This document shows positions 36,554 through 40,788 of a DNA stretch of 40,788 bases, piece by piece. Position 1 is the first letter of the stretch. Every line of letters begins with the position of its first letter. The notes below the pieces were generated by a model that did no database searches, was not told where the DNA came from, and saw only the letters and a list, made by a program, of their open reading frames with translations. The stretch comes from Octopus bimaculoides (taxonomy: Eukaryota), in NCBI RefSeq assembly GCF_001194135.2, contig NC_068990.1:91835551-91876338 (forward strand). The letters are read 5' to 3'. A program made the position numbers and the translations under genes.

Positions 36554-36944
36554 AGGTACAGGGATGGGAAACAGTGAATGCAGACTCCATGTTTCCAAGT
36601 CAACCTGAACATGTCTTATATAACGTACACAGCTTGACTTTTCTTCAGGTCGAATTACCTGCAGTTGTCAGCCATTGTTGCAAGGAGAGAAATCTGTGTA
36701 TACATATGTATATATATATATTATCTTTGTCTTATATATATTATCTTTCTCTATGTGTGTCTGTGTGTGCATACACACAGACAGAGTAATATTGTAGAAG
36801 TATTGCTATACACACACACACATACACACAAAACATCACAAAGAATATGAAAGACCTCAAATATTTGCAAATATATTTCATCCTGTTAATTTCTCATAAA
36901 AGAACACTACCATACCCAGTACACACCCACCCACGCACGCTGCA

Positions 36945-37005
36945 TACGTGCACGTCCGCCCCGCCCTGCAACACCCCTATACTCCACCCGACATATAAAT
37001 AGAAA
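36945..37005 (+). promoter_or_regulatory. Candidate core promoter: GC boxes plus TATA box
   Basis: TACGTGCACGTCCGCCCCGCCC followed by TATAAATAG (36994-37002) in non-repetitive sequence. Confidence 0.35.
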
Positions 37006-37162
37006 TCAAAAGAGATTCCGTTTTAATGTGATGTTTACAGTTTCCGTCGATTTGATTTATTCACATTTTTTCTCTCTCCAATTTTTCTCCTCTTCTACAT
37101 TTATTTATTTTTTTTTTGGTTCCTCTATTATAAATCCTATCATTAGCAAAAGCATGATATCG

Positions 37163-37195
<33 letters not shown>

Positions 37196-37281
37196 GTAAT
37201 AATAATAATAATAATAACAACAACAACAACAACAATCACCACTGTCATCAGTATTAAGGCACTCATTTAATGTTGGAGCAT

Positions 37282-37293
37282 TGCTGACTCGCA
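37282..37293 (+). promoter_or_regulatory. MARE-like site TGCTGACTCGCA
   Basis: T-MARE (TGCTGACTCAGCA) with one base missing. Confidence 0.25.
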
Positions 37294-37964
37294 GAATTAT
37301 GTTGGACAGCTGTTTTTGTGCTTGAATCTGGATCCTGCTATCAGCCGGTGTCCATGGCGAGGATCGCCCCACCCCACCCGCCACCCATATTGCCTTCGTT
37401 TACACAGGAGGTGGCTGGGTGGAAAAGAGTATATTAGCTTTTCTGTGTCAGGTGGCTGTGGTGAAAAGGGTGAAAAGAGATATTACAGCAGATGAAGATA
37501 GGAAGGATTGAAGACAGACCGTTTTCCTCTTCAAAGTTCCACTCAAGAAGGGAGGGTGGCTGGGAGTCAGGGAGGGTGGCAGGGAGTCAGGGAGCGAAGG
37601 AGAGGAAGAGAGGGAGAGGGAGAGAGAAAGGGAAAGAGATGTACCTTCCGGTAAATTCGCTAGATGGATAAAAGCGATAGATATTTGGTCTGAATGAATG
37701 GGTCTATTCTCGGAGACACCTCAGATTGGAAAATAGAAAACTGAGAACAGGAGTACAATCCTTGGCAGTAAGGGTAATCCAAGACCTGTGGGGTTTCTTA
37801 CTTGACCCCCAATAAACTCTCCCCTACAAAAATCTTACACTTCGTTACCTTTTTTACTCTTAATTTTCATGCTTTTTTATTTTCATAACCAATTTTGCAA
37901 ATTATGTAATATTTTCTTGTAATGTCTCCCTCAGGTCACCCTTGTGGCAAATAAAAGCATTATA

Positions 37965-38623
37965 TTAGCATAATGCTGAGTGGCATTTTCTCTGTCTTTA
38001 GATTCCGAGTTCAAATTCCACTGAGGCTGATTTTGCCCTGGGTCAATAAAATAAAGTACCAGTCAAGTACTGGGGATTGATGTAATCAACTTCCATCCCC
38101 ACCCCACCCAAAAACTATTGGCCCTCTGCTAAAACTTGAAACCATTATTAATATTGCTCGTGACGCCGATAGAATCGTTAATGAAATCAGGCAAAATGCT
38201 TAAGCAGCATTTCATCATTAAGTTCCAAGTTCAAATTCCACCAAAGTCGAATTAGCCTTTCATCCTTTTGGGGTCAATAAATTAAGTACCAGTGAGATAC
38301 TGAGGTCAATGTAATCGACTTAACCCCTCCCCTGAAATTGCTGGCCTTGTGTCAAAATTTGAAATTATTATTATCATTATTATCATTATTATTATTATTA
38401 TTATTATACATAAGGCAGTGAGCTGGCAGAATTGTTAGCATGTCGGGCGAAATACTTAGTGGTGTTTCGTCTGTCTTTACGTTCTGAGTTCAAACTCCAC
38501 CAAGGTTGACTTTGCCTTTCATCCTTTCGGGGTCGATAAAATAAGTACCAGTCAAACACTGGGGTTGATGTAACTGACATAACCCCACCCCCAAAATGGC
38601 TGCCCTTCTGGCAAAACATGAAA
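37965..38623 (+). mobile_element. Three head-to-tail family B SINEs (about 37965-38145, 38158-38365, 38411-38623)
   Basis: Three GAGTTCAAA(T/C)TCCAC blocks followed by the central domain, separated by (ATT)n. Confidence 0.8.
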
Positions 38624-38640
38624 CCACCACCACTGTCATC

Positions 38641-38698
<58 letters not shown>

Positions 38699-39207
38699 CC
38701 ATCATCATCAGTACATACTTGTATTTAGAGTGTGGGTGTTGACTAGTGGCAAATGAAAATATTGTCTCTTTCTATCAGGCATGAAGTCTTCAGGCAGAAT
38801 GCACTTTTCTGTAGAGACCCAACGGTTCCCAGCATCCAAAGTTGTCCATGATATCGGTGCGTGTTATTTTTTCATTTATATCATTTATAGACAAATATTA
38901 TTATTGCGTGTGTGCAGGTGGTTGTATGGTGGATAGAGTCATACATATACATGTGTGTATAACATAATGTCATACAATGAGATCCATGACCATATGTATG
39001 TATATATATATATAGGATTATATAAAGGATAAATTTATTATTATGTACATTTAGCATTACAAACAGAACAGAACCTAATACAGAAAAGTAAGGATGTATA
39101 TTTGTATATATTTTTTTTATTAACCAAGGAGAATCAGGAGTGACTCTAGAATCTAGAGTTTCACATGTCAAAGTATAAATATGTGTGTGTGTGTATATAT
39201 ATATATA

Positions 39208-39484
39208 GGTGCAAGAGTGGCTGTGTGGTAAGAAGCTTGCTTCCCAACCATATGATTCTGGGTTCAGTCCCACTGCGTGGCCGCTTGGGCAAGCGCTTTC
39301 TGCTATAGCCTTTGGCTGACCAAAGCCTCATGAGTGGATTTGGTAGACAGAAACTGAAAGAAGCCCGTTGTATATAAATATATATATATACATACATGTA
39401 TATGTGTATATGTATATGTTTATGTTTATTCCCACCACCATCGCTTGACAACCGATGGTGGTGTGTTTATGTCCCCGTAACTTA
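39208..39484 (+). mobile_element. Family A SINE, 3'-truncated
   Basis: Head, CORE-like block, internal (TA)n, TCGCTTGACAACCG...CCGTAACTTA. Confidence 0.85.
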
Positions 39485-39489
39485 ACAGA

Positions 39490-39829
39490 GGGGAAACTGA
39501 TTCCATCAACCCCAGTAGTACGTACTTGGCTGGTACTTTATTTTATTAACCCTAAAAGGATGGAAAGTAAAGTTGATTTCAGTTCAATGCTCTAATGATT
39601 CTGCCAGTGCCCCCACGATGATGATGATGATGATGATGATCCTTTCTACTATAGGCACAATGCCTGAAATTTGTGGACCCCAGTATGCAACTGGTACTTA
39701 ATTTATCAACCCCAAAAGGATGAGAGGCAAAGTCGATCTCTGCGGAATTTGAACTCAGAACATAAAGACAGATGAAATACCGCTAAGTATTTCGCCCGGC
39801 ATGCTAACGCTTCTGCCAGCTCACCACCT
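39490..39829 (-). mobile_element. Two tandem family B SINEs (partial 39490-39612; full 39640-39829)
   Basis: Repeated CTGGTACT...TTTAT.AACCC..AAAGGATG blocks and TTCTGCCAG heads. Confidence 0.8.
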
Positions 39830-39854
39830 TAATAATAATAATAATAATAATAAT

Positions 39855-40422
39855 GGGACCTATATACACTGGAAGCTATGCCAACATTATGGAATAACAA
39901 CAGAAAAAAGATGGTATAAACACACGCCAGAAAAGGTCACAGAAAACGAGAAAGCAACCATACTCTGGGATATGCCAATACACACAGATAGAGAAATTAA
40001 GGCAAATAGACCAGATATAGTTGTCAAAGATCATGAAGAAAAAAAATACTTTCTAATTGATGTATCAATACCAGCAGATGACAACGTTTCTCTAAAAGAA
40101 ATGGAAAAACTTTCAAAATACAAAGACCTGGAAATAGAGATAACTCGAATGTGGAATCTAAAAACAGAAACAATTCCTATCATAGTAGGTGCCTTAGGTA
40201 TAATAAAAAAATATTCAGACAAATACATAACAAAAATACCAGGACTTACAAATATATATAACATACAGAAAATTGCACTACTGGGTACTGCACACATTCT
40301 ACGCAAAACACTTTCAATACAGTAAACATAAGAGCACCACAGCAAACCACAGCACATACCCAAGGCGCACAGAGCTGTGCTCGGTAGTGAAGTGAAAGCA
40401 CGTTATAAAAATAAAACTACTG
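39855..40422 (+). mobile_element. R4/Dong-type retrotransposon, 5'-truncated, open frame, within (TAA)n
   Basis: Uninterrupted IHWKLCQHYG...ILWDMPIHTDREIKANRPDIVV...LIDVSIP...EKLSKYKDLEIEI...PIIVGALG...QKIALLGTAHILRKTLSIQ* (stop 40323-25), about 100 nt 3' UTR, (AAT)n on both sides. Confidence 0.92.
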
Positions 40423-40591
40423 AATAATAATAATAACAACAACAGCAATAAGCAGTTGTAATTAGTGAAAGAAGCAAAATGACTAGTCCTGTGCGTATGT
40501 GTATGCGTGTGTGTGTGTGTGCTTATATGTAAGAACATGTATTGATGTGTGTGTGTGTGAGCGTGTGTGCGTGTGTGTGTGTGTGTGTGTG

Positions 40592-40601
40592 TGCTGAGTC
40601 A
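40592..40601 (+). promoter_or_regulatory. NF-E2/ARE-type CNC-small Maf site TGCTGAGTCA
   Basis: Exact 10-mer, upstream of the Maf coding exons. Confidence 0.3.
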
Positions 40602-40788
40602 ACAGAAACCGAGGTTTTATATTTATCAATGATGGCAAAAGGTCAGATATAGACATACAGTGGTTCTGTTGTATGATTCACAGTGGCACCCTACCTACGC
40701 ACATAGGTATGTGTGTGGGTGAGTGACTGTGTGTATACATGAGTGCGTGTATGTATGTATGTATGTATATATATATATATATATATAT

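Noticed and set aside
37061-37384. 107-aa minus ORF in the promoter-like island
   Set aside because: GTG start right after a stop; second half is poly-C/poly-Y from repeats.

Overview
Gappy, AT-rich, microsatellite-dense animal genomic scaffold with about 14 N-gaps, mostly flanked by (TA)n. The SINE families and repeat density suggest an octopus or other coleoid cephalopod (inference). One gene is recognisable: a small-Maf-type bZIP transcription factor on the minus strand, with its main coding exon at 21927-21514 and a candidate 9-nt start-codon micro-exon at 31509-31501. The rest is intron or intergenic sequence filled with at least four tRNA-derived SINE families, 5'-truncated R4/Dong-type and RTE-type LINE remnants, a Penelope-like (GIY-YIG) remnant and MITEs. 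The most notable signal is four minimal type-I hammerhead ribozyme motifs. Three belong to a short element with a tRNA-derived Pol III head, present as a Penelope-style inverted, truncated head-to-head pair. The fourth is a U3-A8 core variant downstream of the Penelope endonuclease remnant. Nearly all long ORFs in the supplied track are artefacts of microsatellites and N runs. Family names from recalled motifs were not confirmed by database search.
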